61,687 nucleotides of DNA from Treponema sp. (lineage in GTDB: Bacteria; Spirochaetota; Spirochaetia; Treponematales; Treponemataceae), in assembly GCA_024402615.1 (NCBI GenBank), contig JAKSTK010000001.1, positions 1 through 61,687 of the forward strand. The letters run 5' to 3'. A program made the position numbers and the translations under genes. How positions within the stretch are numbered: position 1 is the first letter of the stretch; each line of letters starts with the position of its first letter. Shown here one piece after another: positions 1-8,674 of the stretch. Below the pieces are notes generated by a model. The model saw only the letters and a list, made by a program, of their open reading frames with translations. It was not told the DNA's origin and made no database searches.

Positions 1-288
1 AAACAGCTTCATATTCACCTTATAACTTCTAATTGTATCATGATTATTTTTTAAATATTCCGCCAGAATAAATTTCTCTGTAACAACCACATCTGCAGAA
101 ATACCTTTCCTTCCGAATTTCAGTCGATAATCAAAACAGGAAGCTTCAGAAAAACAAGGGTATAGTTTTCCTAATTCCCCATACAAATACTGTTCATTCT
201 TTCCCGTAAGTAAAACTTTTACCGGAACTGCAAAATTAAAGAATTCGTAATAATCTTTTTCTAAAACAGAATTTTTTTTCCTACTCAT
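1..288 (-). CDS. Partial ORF (5' part only, runs off left edge); possible GspL/PilM-like assembly-platform protein
   Basis: Hand translation from ATG at 288 gives 96 open codons (MSRKKNSVLEKDYYEFF...ELGKLYPCFSEASCFDYRLK...). Overlaps the upstream stop by 8 nt (ATGAGTAG). The EL..LYP.F.....FDY segment resembles GspL cytoplasmic domains (weak). Not in the ORF track. Confidence 0.6.
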   Translation of the reverse strand, partial: MSRKKNSVLEKDYYEFFNFAVPVKVLLTGKNEQYLYGELGKLYPCFSEASCFDYRLKFGRKGISADVVVTEKFILAEYLKNNHDTIRSYKVNMKLF

Positions 289-652
289 CAGTTCTTCTCC
301 TGCTATCTCTAAAATAGATTTCTCCTTCAGTTCCCTGACCAATCCACTTTCCGTACCATAAAGTCCCTTTTTCTGGTGAATTATCAATCATAAACTCTTC
401 AGAAGAACTCCAGCCAATATAATCAAGTTCAAAACACGCTCTGCAAACCTTTTGCCATTCAAATAAATCTATAAACCCATTTCCTTCACAAGTTTTCTCA
501 AAACTCCTATTAATAAATTTTAATGTTTCAACCTGATTTCTTTTTTCACGAATCTGCTTATCTCTTCCAATGACATCTCTGTATCCCGCTCCCACAGAAA
601 TAAGCAGAACGCTCACCAGAAAAACACATATTACAAGTGTTGATAATTTCAT
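281..652 (-). CDS. Hypothetical protein with N-terminal hydrophobic helix, member of the type IV filament operon (possible divergent minor pilin)
   Basis: 123 aa; N-terminal TM segment; ATGA overlap with the upstream small ORF and 8-nt overlap with the downstream ORF. Confidence 0.65.
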   Translation of the reverse strand: MKLSTLVICVFLVSVLLISVGAGYRDVIGRDKQIREKRNQVETLKFINRSFEKTCEGNGFIDLFEWQKVCRACFELDYIGWSSSEEFMIDNSPEKGTLWYGKWIGQGTEGEIYFRDSRRRTDE

Positions 653-855
653 TGTCCGTTTGTAATTCCCTGTATCGCCATTTCATTAGACTTCAACTGA
701 TTTTTTACAAAAACAGAATATTCTTTTTCTACCTGATTGCATTGAGCAATCTGTCGCAATCTCACAGCAGAAAAAATCAATCCGCTTAAAGTAATTCCCA
801 AAATCAGCAAACCTGTAATTAATCCATTACTTCCAGGAACAGATGTCTTCACCAT
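649..855 (-). CDS. Small (68 aa) minor pseudopilin-like membrane protein
   Basis: C-terminal part of the track's 649..1299 frame. ATG at 855 follows GGAGGTGAAGGAA; sequence MVKTSVPGSNG-LITGLLILGITLSGLIFSAV; its TGA overlaps the next ATG (ATGA, 649-652). Confidence 0.65.
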   Translation of the reverse strand: MVKTSVPGSNGLITGLLILGITLSGLIFSAVRLRQIAQCNQVEKEYSVFVKNQLKSNEMAIQGITNGQ

Positions 856-1333
856 TTCCTTCACCTCCCTGGATTTTGTCCGCCCCGTAGGATATGAGTA
901 TAAAGGGCATATTCTCAGGAACCTCTGACGGCATAACGGAGCTTTCAGAGCTGAGATACTTAAAATCGGTTCCCCACGGATCTGCGGAGGGTTTACGCTC
1001 AAGGTATGGGCCTGCCCAGTTTTCCGGTACTGGATAGAGAACTGGTTTTTCCCATAAAGCGCTGATTCCCTGTTCTGTAGTCGGAAATCTTCCGCAGTCA
1101 AGGAAATAGGACTGTAATGCTGCTTTGTATTGTTCAATTTGATTTCTTGCAGTCGTTTCTTTTGCAATCTTGATATATTTGGAAACTGCAACTGAACTTC
1201 CTGCTGCCATAACTGCTCCGATGGCAAGTACTGCCAGTGTTTCAACAAAAGTAAATCCTTCCGATTTTTTCGGGATTCTTTTAACAACGATTTTTTCATT
1301 AGTTTTCTCCCATAACTTTTTTAGTAATTTCAT
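827..1333 (-). CDS. gspG: Type II secretion major pseudopilin GspG family
   Basis: Class III signal G|FTFVE plus hydrophobic helix; GRFPTTEQG, WAGPYL, DPWG, SYGAD..GGEG...DI..W motifs. Start at 1333 chosen for the GGAGG SD; the ATG at 1345 is an alternative. Confidence 0.92.
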   Translation of the reverse strand: MKLLKKLWEKTNEKIVVKRIPKKSEGFTFVETLAVLAIGAVMAAGSSVAVSKYIKIAKETTARNQIEQYKAALQSYFLDCGRFPTTEQGISALWEKPVLYPVPENWAGPYLERKPSADPWGTDFKYLSSESSVMPSEVPENMPFILISYGADKIQGGEGNGEDICSWK

Positions 1334-1344
1334 TTTTCCTCCCA

Positions 1345-2331
1345 TTAAAAACCAGGCAGGTTGCCATTAAGAAAAGGCATCACCAGATTCAATAGAAAAA
1401 CCATCAAAAACACACCGGTACCAAGAATAAACGCTGGTTCTATCAGCTTAAAGAAATATTTTCTGAAAACTGAATCTCTTGAATCAATCCATGCTGCGAC
1501 TTTCTCAAAGGCCTCATTCCCGCCACTAAACTCCACATAACAAAAAGCTTTATTCATCTGAGAATTAAGTCTTTTGTCAGATCCATCATCCTTTCTCACA
1601 AACGAATCCTTCAACGATATACCCCAAGACAATTTTTCTCTTGCCTCTTCAAATAGCAAACCTTCTTTCGTTTCAGGGCCAAGTATTTCTGCCGCAAATC
1701 CAACCGCATCAGCCATACACATTCCAGATTTAGTCAAAAATCCCGCCGCAAGAAATGCTTCATAAAGATTGTTATTTCTGAATAATCGTTGAATCATCCA
1801 GATTGCAAAAAAACAAAAAATCACCAGAATTCCAAAAGCCGACAAACTTCCAGAAAAAAGGTTTTCTCTTACACCCTCAGTTATCACTTCACTTCCTAAA
1901 ATCTTTTCTCCAAAAACAAAAAGCAGAAATACTAGAATCACCGCAAGTACAATTACAAACAGCGGATATACTGAAGCTTCTGCCAGCTGTTCACGATTTC
2001 TTTGATTCCGTTCATACTTTTCTTTTAAATAACTTAAACAACTTTCCAGATTTCCTGATTTCTCAGCAAATCCAATCAAGTTAGCATAAGCTTTTGGAAA
2101 ACGAATAAAAGGACATATAACCAGGCCATAAGAAAAATCACACCCGAAATCAAGAATCTCCAGCAAATATTGTCCAGTTCTCTGCAATGCAGTTTTTCTC
2201 TTTTTATAAGAACCTTCTGCCTGCTGAATCACCTTTAATGCTGATGGTAAATTCATTTTCCGGTTGATAATCAAATCAAAAAGTAAATCAGTAAACTTCT
2301 TCACATTCTTTTCATTAATTAATCCAAACAC
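1345..2331 (-). CDS. gspF: GspF/PilC-family inner membrane platform protein (divergent)
   Basis: AEKSGNL, ASVYPLFV and LIEPAFIL motifs with three TM segments; lies between gspE and gspG; GTG start. Confidence 0.85.
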   Translation of the reverse strand: MFGLINEKNVKKFTDLLFDLIINRKMNLPSALKVIQQAEGSYKKRKTALQRTGQYLLEILDFGCDFSYGLVICPFIRFPKAYANLIGFAEKSGNLESCLSYLKEKYERNQRNREQLAEASVYPLFVIVLAVILVFLLFVFGEKILGSEVITEGVRENLFSGSLSAFGILVIFCFFAIWMIQRLFRNNNLYEAFLAAGFLTKSGMCMADAVGFAAEILGPETKEGLLFEEAREKLSWGISLKDSFVRKDDGSDKRLNSQMNKAFCYVEFSGGNEAFEKVAAWIDSRDSVFRKYFFKLIEPAFILGTGVFLMVFLLNLVMPFLNGNLPGF

Positions 2332-2343
2332 TCCCCGTCCCCT

Positions 2344-3699
2344 TTAAGCATTTTTTCTGCTTGATTTATTAATATCTGCACGAATAAAAGGCTTTATACT
2401 GTTAGCAATTGCTTCTCTGAAATTTGTATAATGCGTAAAACTTCCATCCAGTTTCTCTTCCGACATTTCTTCCCTTAAATCAAATTCCAGACTCTTATCA
2501 GGAACTGCTACATCCGCAATAAGACTTACCTCATCTTTTATGTGATTCATTTCCTGAACAATTACTCCCTTCACAACAGAAGAAATAAGTTTTTTAGAAA
2601 TACCAAGATCTTCCAGACGAAGAATTGCCTGTGCAGGACTTCCTGTGTGCATAGTTGCAATTACCAGATGTCCCGTAAGAGCAGCCCTGCAGGCTACTGC
2701 AGCTGATTTCTCATCACGAATTTCTCCAATCATCAATACATCCGGATCCTGTCTAAAAACATGGATCAGGGCATCTGAATAAGAATTCTGCATCCTTTCA
2801 TCAATCTGTACCTGAGTTACTCCAGGAATCAAATATTCAGGAGGATCCTCCAGACTGATAATTTTTATGCACCCGTTTTTGTTTTTTTCAATTTCCAGAA
2901 GAATAGAAGCAGCCGTTGTAGATTTTCCCGCTCCAGTTGGACCACAGACAATTACTAACCCATATTTTTCACAGGCCAGACTTTTTATTTTTTCATATTG
3001 CTCCAGATTAAACCCCAGTTTTCCTAAAGTCAGAGGTATTCTGTTTGTATCCAATAATCTGATTACAATTGACTCATGATAATCTGAATTATCTTTCCCA
3101 ATAATTCCCATAGAAGAAACCCTTACAAAAATAGGATTATTTCCACCATAAACAAAATGACCATCCTGACTTTTTCTTTTTTCCAGCACATTCATTCCCG
3201 CCAGAAACTTAATTCTTTGAATCAATTCATGACATTTTTCGCCATCAAGTTTTATATCTTTTTCAAGCCGACCTTTGATTCTGAACTTAACCTGATTTTC
3301 TTCTATATGAATATCTGTTGCACCTCTATTTCTCGCTTCAAGCAAAATAGTATCCAGAAGAACTACAGCGGCTGCATCGTTTCCCTTTTCATTTTTCGCA
3401 GAAACTGTTGTCTCGATATTCTCTTTTCCCGCATATAAACCAGATACATATTTCCGTAAAATCTGCCTGTTACCGCCAATAAAATTAATTTTCGGAATTG
3501 ATTTATACTCTTCCGGACAGTCTTTCTGCCTGCTGGTAAATCGCAGATAATTACAAAAAGCCCTTCTGATTCTCTGCTTAACAACTTCATCATCTTCATT
3601 TTCAATAATGAAAGTTATAGAAGCTCCCTTCTGTTCAACAACAGCAACTCCGTTATAAAGACAATATGCGGGAGTCAAAATAAAATTAAAATTATTCAT
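2344..3699 (-). CDS. gspE: GspE/PilB/ComGA-family assembly ATPase
   Basis: ATDIHIE, QDG, Walker A GPTGAGKST, Asp box LEDPPEY, RQDPDVLMIGEIRD, His box TGHLVIATMH. Confidence 0.93.
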   Translation of the reverse strand: MNNFNFILTPAYCLYNGVAVVEQKGASITFIIENEDDEVVKQRIRRAFCNYLRFTSRQKDCPEEYKSIPKINFIGGNRQILRKYVSGLYAGKENIETTVSAKNEKGNDAAAVVLLDTILLEARNRGATDIHIEENQVKFRIKGRLEKDIKLDGEKCHELIQRIKFLAGMNVLEKRKSQDGHFVYGGNNPIFVRVSSMGIIGKDNSDYHESIVIRLLDTNRIPLTLGKLGFNLEQYEKIKSLACEKYGLVIVCGPTGAGKSTTAASILLEIEKNKNGCIKIISLEDPPEYLIPGVTQVQIDERMQNSYSDALIHVFRQDPDVLMIGEIRDEKSAAVACRAALTGHLVIATMHTGSPAQAILRLEDLGISKKLISSVVKGVIVQEMNHIKDEVSLIADVAVPDKSLEFDLREEMSEEKLDGSFTHYTNFREAIANSIKPFIRADINKSSRKNA

Positions 3700-5707
3700 T
3701 CTCGTTTCCTCTTCCTGTTATTTCGATTAATTTCCGAATCTTTTCTTCTGCCCACTTTCCGTCATAAACAATTTCCTCTACAGCTTCTTTTTCTTCCCCT
3801 TCCAGATGAGGTACAAGATAAATCATCATTTGAGAGTTTTCTCCAATACTATCTTTTGCCTTAAAAAGATTTCCAACAAATGGAATTTTTGAAATGAATG
3901 GTGTTCTCGAACCAATTTCTATAGATGAATTCTGTATCAATCCGCTTAAGACAATTGGTTCCCCACTTTTTCCACGAACTTCCGTAGTCACAAGTTTTTC
4001 TGTTGTAGGAGGAGGATTTCCCGTGAGAGATGAAGTATCTGTTCCCTGCCGTGTAAAAGATGCTGTTACAGTACTTGTTATCGATTTGTCATTACTAACA
4101 ACTCCCAGTACTTCCAGCTTCAATCCAGAAATAATTTCTTTTGTTATGCCTGAATAAACCGGTTTCCCAGTATCAGGGTCCAAATTGTTATCTCTATATC
4201 TGTATGTATTAGTATTCTGAAAATTAATTTTCTTTCCGGAAACACCGAAAAGCTTCGTATCGGCATAAACTTTAGTCTTATTCTCTTCAATTGAACTCTG
4301 TAACCCTGCCGCAAAATCCAACCCAAATGATGTAATAACATTCAAATTCAGATTCATTACTTTACCTAACTGTAAAGCACCGGTGTTTCTATCACCTGCA
4401 CGCAAAGTACGAACATCCACCGAAGAAGACCACAAACCTTCAGAACCTTCATCACACTGTAGAATTAACAAATCGTAGCTGATCCTAGGAACCGGACGAT
4501 CCAGTATTCCAATCTGTACGCATAAGTTTTCATACGCTTCTTCAGTACCCTTAAAGTAAATACATAACTTATCTTCCGCAGCACTAACCGAACTCCTATC
4601 CACTGACGGAGGTAACTGATTCAAAAATTCCGATGGTTTTAAATAATTCAACTTCACAACATAAGTTTCAGTCTTCAAATCCACAAGACGAATCAATTCT
4701 TCTATTTCTGCCCCTTCGTTTTCAGATACCTGGCAAAGCACACTAAACTCATCAGGCAATAACAGAATCTCCATAATCCCCAGCTTACGATTAATCAACT
4801 GCACAAGCTTCTCAGCTTTCATATACTTAGTTGTATAAATCCGCCATTCACGATTTTCACTCAGCAATTTGTCTCTCGCACTGGAATTACCAGTCAAATA
4901 GTACATTTGATTTTTCTTAATTACCGAAAATCCATTCAAATTGCAAAACTTCTCCAGCAAAGAATCAAAATCTTCTGCCATAAAACAACAGCGTACAATT
5001 TTTACTTCCGCATTCGCCAGAACACAAAACTGTGCATCAGTTTTTAACTTAAACAGCTTCTCCAATACCTCAGAAACCTTTATATCTTTCGCATCCAGAC
5101 TAAAATCCCCATTTTTATTACATTCCAGTTTTACAAAGCCATTGCCCGAATCTGTTTCTCTAAAACCATTACTCTTCTTTCCAAAATGAAACCCATTCGG
5201 TGTAACAGTAACTTCATATCCCTGAAATCTCATAGCAAGCTTTTCCATTAACTCTGGAAAAGTCAGATTTTTAAAATGAACTGTTATAACTCCTGCCGGT
5301 AAATTTTCATATGTAATTGCAGCATTTGTTTCCTGACAGATTTTTTCCAGCAGTAAAGAAGGATTCAAATCAAAAGCATCAAGGGAATAACCTTCTGCCG
5401 TGCTTTGAAGTTTAAACCGGCTGACAGTCCATACATTTTTTTCTTTTGAAACATAAAGTCGTGCACCTTTCAGAAAAGAATCAAAAGCAGTCTCAAAATC
5501 TTTTCCAGAAAATCTAAAACTTCCTTTTCCACTTACAGTGTCATCAGTAACAATAGAAATCCCTGTATCCATAGAAATTGCAAAAACAATATCCCCAATA
5601 TCACAATCAGAAAAATCCCAGCTGTAATTTCTTCCCTGCCCAAACATAAAACTCTGCAGAAAAAGAAAACACAATACAAAAACAATCTTCCAATCACCAT
5701 TTTTCAT
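3692..5707 (-). CDS. gspD: Secretin (GspD/PilQ/HofQ family)
   Basis: Signal peptide, N0-like domains (FSDCDIGDIV..IS..TG), C-terminal secretin signature GEPIVLSGLI...TPFISKIPFVGNLFK...MIYLVPH. ATG at 5707 follows GAGAGGTG. Confidence 0.88.
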   Translation of the reverse strand: MKNGDWKIVFVLCFLFLQSFMFGQGRNYSWDFSDCDIGDIVFAISMDTGISIVTDDTVSGKGSFRFSGKDFETAFDSFLKGARLYVSKEKNVWTVSRFKLQSTAEGYSLDAFDLNPSLLLEKICQETNAAITYENLPAGVITVHFKNLTFPELMEKLAMRFQGYEVTVTPNGFHFGKKSNGFRETDSGNGFVKLECNKNGDFSLDAKDIKVSEVLEKLFKLKTDAQFCVLANAEVKIVRCCFMAEDFDSLLEKFCNLNGFSVIKKNQMYYLTGNSSARDKLLSENREWRIYTTKYMKAEKLVQLINRKLGIMEILLLPDEFSVLCQVSENEGAEIEELIRLVDLKTETYVVKLNYLKPSEFLNQLPPSVDRSSVSAAEDKLCIYFKGTEEAYENLCVQIGILDRPVPRISYDLLILQCDEGSEGLWSSSVDVRTLRAGDRNTGALQLGKVMNLNLNVITSFGLDFAAGLQSSIEENKTKVYADTKLFGVSGKKINFQNTNTYRYRDNNLDPDTGKPVYSGITKEIISGLKLEVLGVVSNDKSITSTVTASFTRQGTDTSSLTGNPPPTTEKLVTTEVRGKSGEPIVLSGLIQNSSIEIGSRTPFISKIPFVGNLFKAKDSIGENSQMMIYLVPHLEGEEKEAVEEIVYDGKWAEEKIRKLIEITGRGNENE

Positions 5708-5722
5708 ATTCACCTCTCGCCC

Positions 5723-5761
5723 TATAATTTCTTTAAAATTCGATTTCGGACCATTTTTTTG
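5723..5761 (-). promoter_or_regulatory. Shared upstream box, copy 1 (CAAAAAAATGGTCCGAAA...AATTATA), candidate alternative-sigma promoter of the secretin operon
   Basis: 18-bp exact match (5744-5761, minus strand) to 11878-11895 upstream of ssb, in the same orientation relative to the gene. Confidence 0.65.
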
Positions 5762-5807
5762 GAAATTTTTTACAAAAAGTTGTTATCTATTCACAAAAGT
5801 CTTATTA

Positions 5808-5816
5808 TGCTATAAT
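5808..5816 (+). promoter_or_regulatory. Extended -10 promoter of corA
   Basis: TGCTATAAT, 50 nt upstream of the corA ATG. Confidence 0.6.
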
Positions 5817-5866
5817 TTCTGAGTCAGACAGACAGATTCAGAGGCTCAATTACGTGAGGGCTAACC

Positions 5867-6919
5867 ATGATTACATATTGGCAGCAACATAAAGGTCTTT
5901 TTACAAAAACAAAAAAAGACGAAATTGATGAAACAAAACCTCTTTGGATTGATGCTCGCAGCGTTACTCGTGATGAATGCAACGACCTTCAGTCAGAATA
6001 TGAAATAGAACAGGATCATATCCTTGATATTCTCGACCCTGATGAACTTTCCCGTCTTGAAGATGGCGAAGGTTATATCCTTACAATTGTTCGTGTTCCT
6101 GTTTACGAACCAAATGCAGAAACTCAATACTCTACAGTTCCAATTGGTATTATCATTAAAGGTCAGGTTATTATTACTATCTGCTGGACTGACAGCGAAG
6201 TACTTAAAGATTTTGGTTCCAACAGAATAAGAAATATCCGTTTATCAGATTTTCCTTCTTTTATTGTTCAGATTCTCAACCGTGCAAATTTGAACTTTCT
6301 GCGCTATCTTAAAGAAATTAACCGCCGTTCTACTTCCATTCAGAATGAAATGAAAATGGAAATTGAAAATCAGGAAATCATGCAGCTGCTTGGTTTGGAA
6401 AAATCCCTGGTTTACTTTACAACTTCACTTAAATCAAATGCTCTTCTTCTTGAAAAAATGAGAACAACCCGTTTAATTAAGTTTGATGAAGAAGATATTG
6501 ATTTTGTTGAAGGTGTAAAGATTGACAACCGTCAGGCAATTGAAATGGCCGACACCTATTCCAACATTCTTTTTGGTGTTATGGACGCCTTCTCTTCTGT
6601 AACCAGCAACAACCTGAACATCGTTATGAAAAAACTGGCTATTATCAACCTTGTTATGATGGCACCAACTTTTATTACCAGCTTCTTTGGTATGAACTAT
6701 CGTCTACCATTTGAACATCTGCCTGGTTATATCCCTGTAATTATTGCTACTTTGCTCTGTATTCTTTCTGTATTCTTAAGCTACTGGATGTTAAATTGGG
6801 ATAAATACTCAAAAGCAAATCATAAACATTCCAGAAAAATGACTTACAAGCAGAAAAAAAATCTCCGCAAAGAAACACGAAAACTCAAGCGTCAGGAAGC
6901 CAAATTAAAAAATAAGTAA
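5867..6919 (+). CDS. corA: CorA-family magnesium transporter
   Basis: LDPDE..RLE, two C-terminal TMs with the FFGMN signature. Confidence 0.92.
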   Translation: MITYWQQHKGLFTKTKKDEIDETKPLWIDARSVTRDECNDLQSEYEIEQDHILDILDPDELSRLEDGEGYILTIVRVPVYEPNAETQYSTVPIGIIIKGQVIITICWTDSEVLKDFGSNRIRNIRLSDFPSFIVQILNRANLNFLRYLKEINRRSTSIQNEMKMEIENQEIMQLLGLEKSLVYFTTSLKSNALLLEKMRTTRLIKFDEEDIDFVEGVKIDNRQAIEMADTYSNILFGVMDAFSSVTSNNLNIVMKKLAIINLVMMAPTFITSFFGMNYRLPFEHLPGYIPVIIATLLCILSVFLSYWMLNWDKYSKANHKHSRKMTYKQKKNLRKETRKLKRQEAKLKNK

Positions 6920-6985
6920 CCATTATTCAATCTTATTTTTTTATATAAATGAATTGATTTTTATAACGCAAAAAGGAGATATCTT

Positions 6986-7921
6986 ATGAAACGCTTTCTC
7001 TTAACCTTAATTATTTTAGCTGCAGGATTTATTCTTACTGCCCAGACAAAGTTCTCTCACATTTCTATGGTGAATTTTAAAAATAATCTGACTTTTACAA
7101 TTGGAGAAGATGTTCAGAGCTTTACAGCAAAACGAACTCTTAAACCTTTTTCCATTAATAAATTTGAAACCACTTACGGACTTTGGTATCAAATTCGTGT
7201 AGCAGCAGAAAAACAAGGTTACGTTTTCCAGAATCCCGGACAGGCAGGTTCCCACGGAAAAAGAGGTGCTGCACCAACAGATGATAATGATTGTCAGCCA
7301 GTAACAATGATTTCCTGGTATGATGCAATTATCTGGTGTAATGCTTTAAGTGAAATAAAAGGAAGAACTCCCTGCTATACTTTCCAGGGAGATATTTTAA
7401 GAGATTCTAATGATACCGCTGTAATTGATATTTGTGAGTGTAACTGGAATGCTGACGGATTTAGACTTCCTTCAGAAAGTGAATGGGAATTTGCTTCAAG
7501 AAAAACTAAAGGCAGTTTAATGCCCGGAAATCTTATTAGTGGACAGCCAAAAGATTCTTCTTCAGAAGAAGGTTTGCTTTATGCATGGACCAGTGAAAAT
7601 TCTGGTGCAACAAAAATTGTTGGAACTGCAGGTTTAGTTTTTGATCCATTTGCAGTTGCACAGCCTGCTACAGGAAATCCTGATTTTGCCGGACTTTATG
7701 ATATGTGTGGAAATATTCTTGAATTCTGCTGGGACTGGTTTGCTGATTATGAAGAAAATCAGACTTATGGTCCAGCCGAAGGTTATGAAAGGGTTAGTCG
7801 TGGAGGAAGCTGGTCACCTTATACAATGTTCTCTTATTGCGGTGACCGTTACAGCTTCGACCCTAATGAATGCTACAACTACTTTGGATTCCGTCTGGCA
7901 AGCTCAATCCTGCCAGACTAA
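6986..7921 (+). CDS. Secreted formylglycine-generating enzyme (SUMF1/FGE-sulfatase) domain protein
   Basis: PVTMISWYDAIIWCN, FRLPSESEWE, GLYDMCGNILEFCWDW, RGGSW and GFRL motifs; signal peptide; AGGAG SD. Confidence 0.88.
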   Translation: MKRFLLTLIILAAGFILTAQTKFSHISMVNFKNNLTFTIGEDVQSFTAKRTLKPFSINKFETTYGLWYQIRVAAEKQGYVFQNPGQAGSHGKRGAAPTDDNDCQPVTMISWYDAIIWCNALSEIKGRTPCYTFQGDILRDSNDTAVIDICECNWNADGFRLPSESEWEFASRKTKGSLMPGNLISGQPKDSSSEEGLLYAWTSENSGATKIVGTAGLVFDPFAVAQPATGNPDFAGLYDMCGNILEFCWDWFADYEENQTYGPAEGYERVSRGGSWSPYTMFSYCGDRYSFDPNECYNYFGFRLASSILPD

Positions 7922-7945
7922 AAAATCACAAAATCAAACAGAATA

Positions 7946-8635
7946 TTACAGATTACAAAGTTCAGCATTAACCACTGACCAATTGCCATCTTTCTTTTCA
8001 ATTTCAAGCCATGCGTAGTGTCCTTCACCCACACTACCTGGATTAATTACTGTTGTTTCACCAATCTTTTCAATTCCAATTCCTTCGTGAATGTGACCAC
8101 AGATTACTGCCAGTGGCTGATTTTCTTTAATAAAATCTGCAAACTGCTGGCTTCCTGCGTGGAGTTCTGCATTTACAGCATCAACTTTTTCACCTTTAGG
8201 AGGATTATGAGAAATCAAAATAAGATTCTGCCAGAGAGATTTATCACCGCTTTCATTTACTGAATTAACTACAATATCAAAATCACTGATAATATCTTCT
8301 TCAGTTCGTTCAAATTCAGTTTTACCAGTAAACTTTGTTCCACCACCGGCACCTGCTACTGCAAGACCTTCATGGAATACTAAAGTTCTTTCTACGCAAA
8401 CATCCTGATTATCTAATTCTTCCATAAAATCTTCATTATCACAGTTTCCAAGTACTGCAAAAATAGTTTCATGTTTTGAACAAAGTTTTTCCAAAGCAGC
8501 CTTACCTGTTTCAGGCTTAAAACACTCAGCAAAATCACCACCAAACAAAACTCCGTCGGCAGCCTTAAACTGTTCATCCATTTTATCAAGAATATCGTTT
8601 ACAGCATGTAAATCACTTAAAACTAATAATTTCAT
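7946..8635 (-). CDS. Calcineurin-like metallophosphoesterase (Icc-related)
   Basis: SDLH, GGD, GNCD, SHNPP, CGHIHE, NPGS motifs. Confidence 0.9.
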   Translation of the reverse strand: MKLLVLSDLHAVNDILDKMDEQFKAADGVLFGGDFAECFKPETGKAALEKLCSKHETIFAVLGNCDNEDFMEELDNQDVCVERTLVFHEGLAVAGAGGGTKFTGKTEFERTEEDIISDFDIVVNSVNESGDKSLWQNLILISHNPPKGEKVDAVNAELHAGSQQFADFIKENQPLAVICGHIHEGIGIEKIGETTVINPGSVGEGHYAWLEIEKKDGNWSVVNAELCNL

Positions 8636-8674
8636 ATCTTTCCTCTTTATTACAATTCTATAATTTCAAATCAA

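Noticed and set aside
856-1299. N-terminal part of the 216-aa ORF 649..1299
   Set aside because: Alternate frame fully overlapping gspG; only the last 68 codons have an SD, a TM and coupling evidence.
6986-7921. FGE/C-type-lectin-fold protein as a diversity-generating retroelement target
   Set aside because: No reverse transcriptase and no second copy (template repeat) of its 3' end seen in the window.
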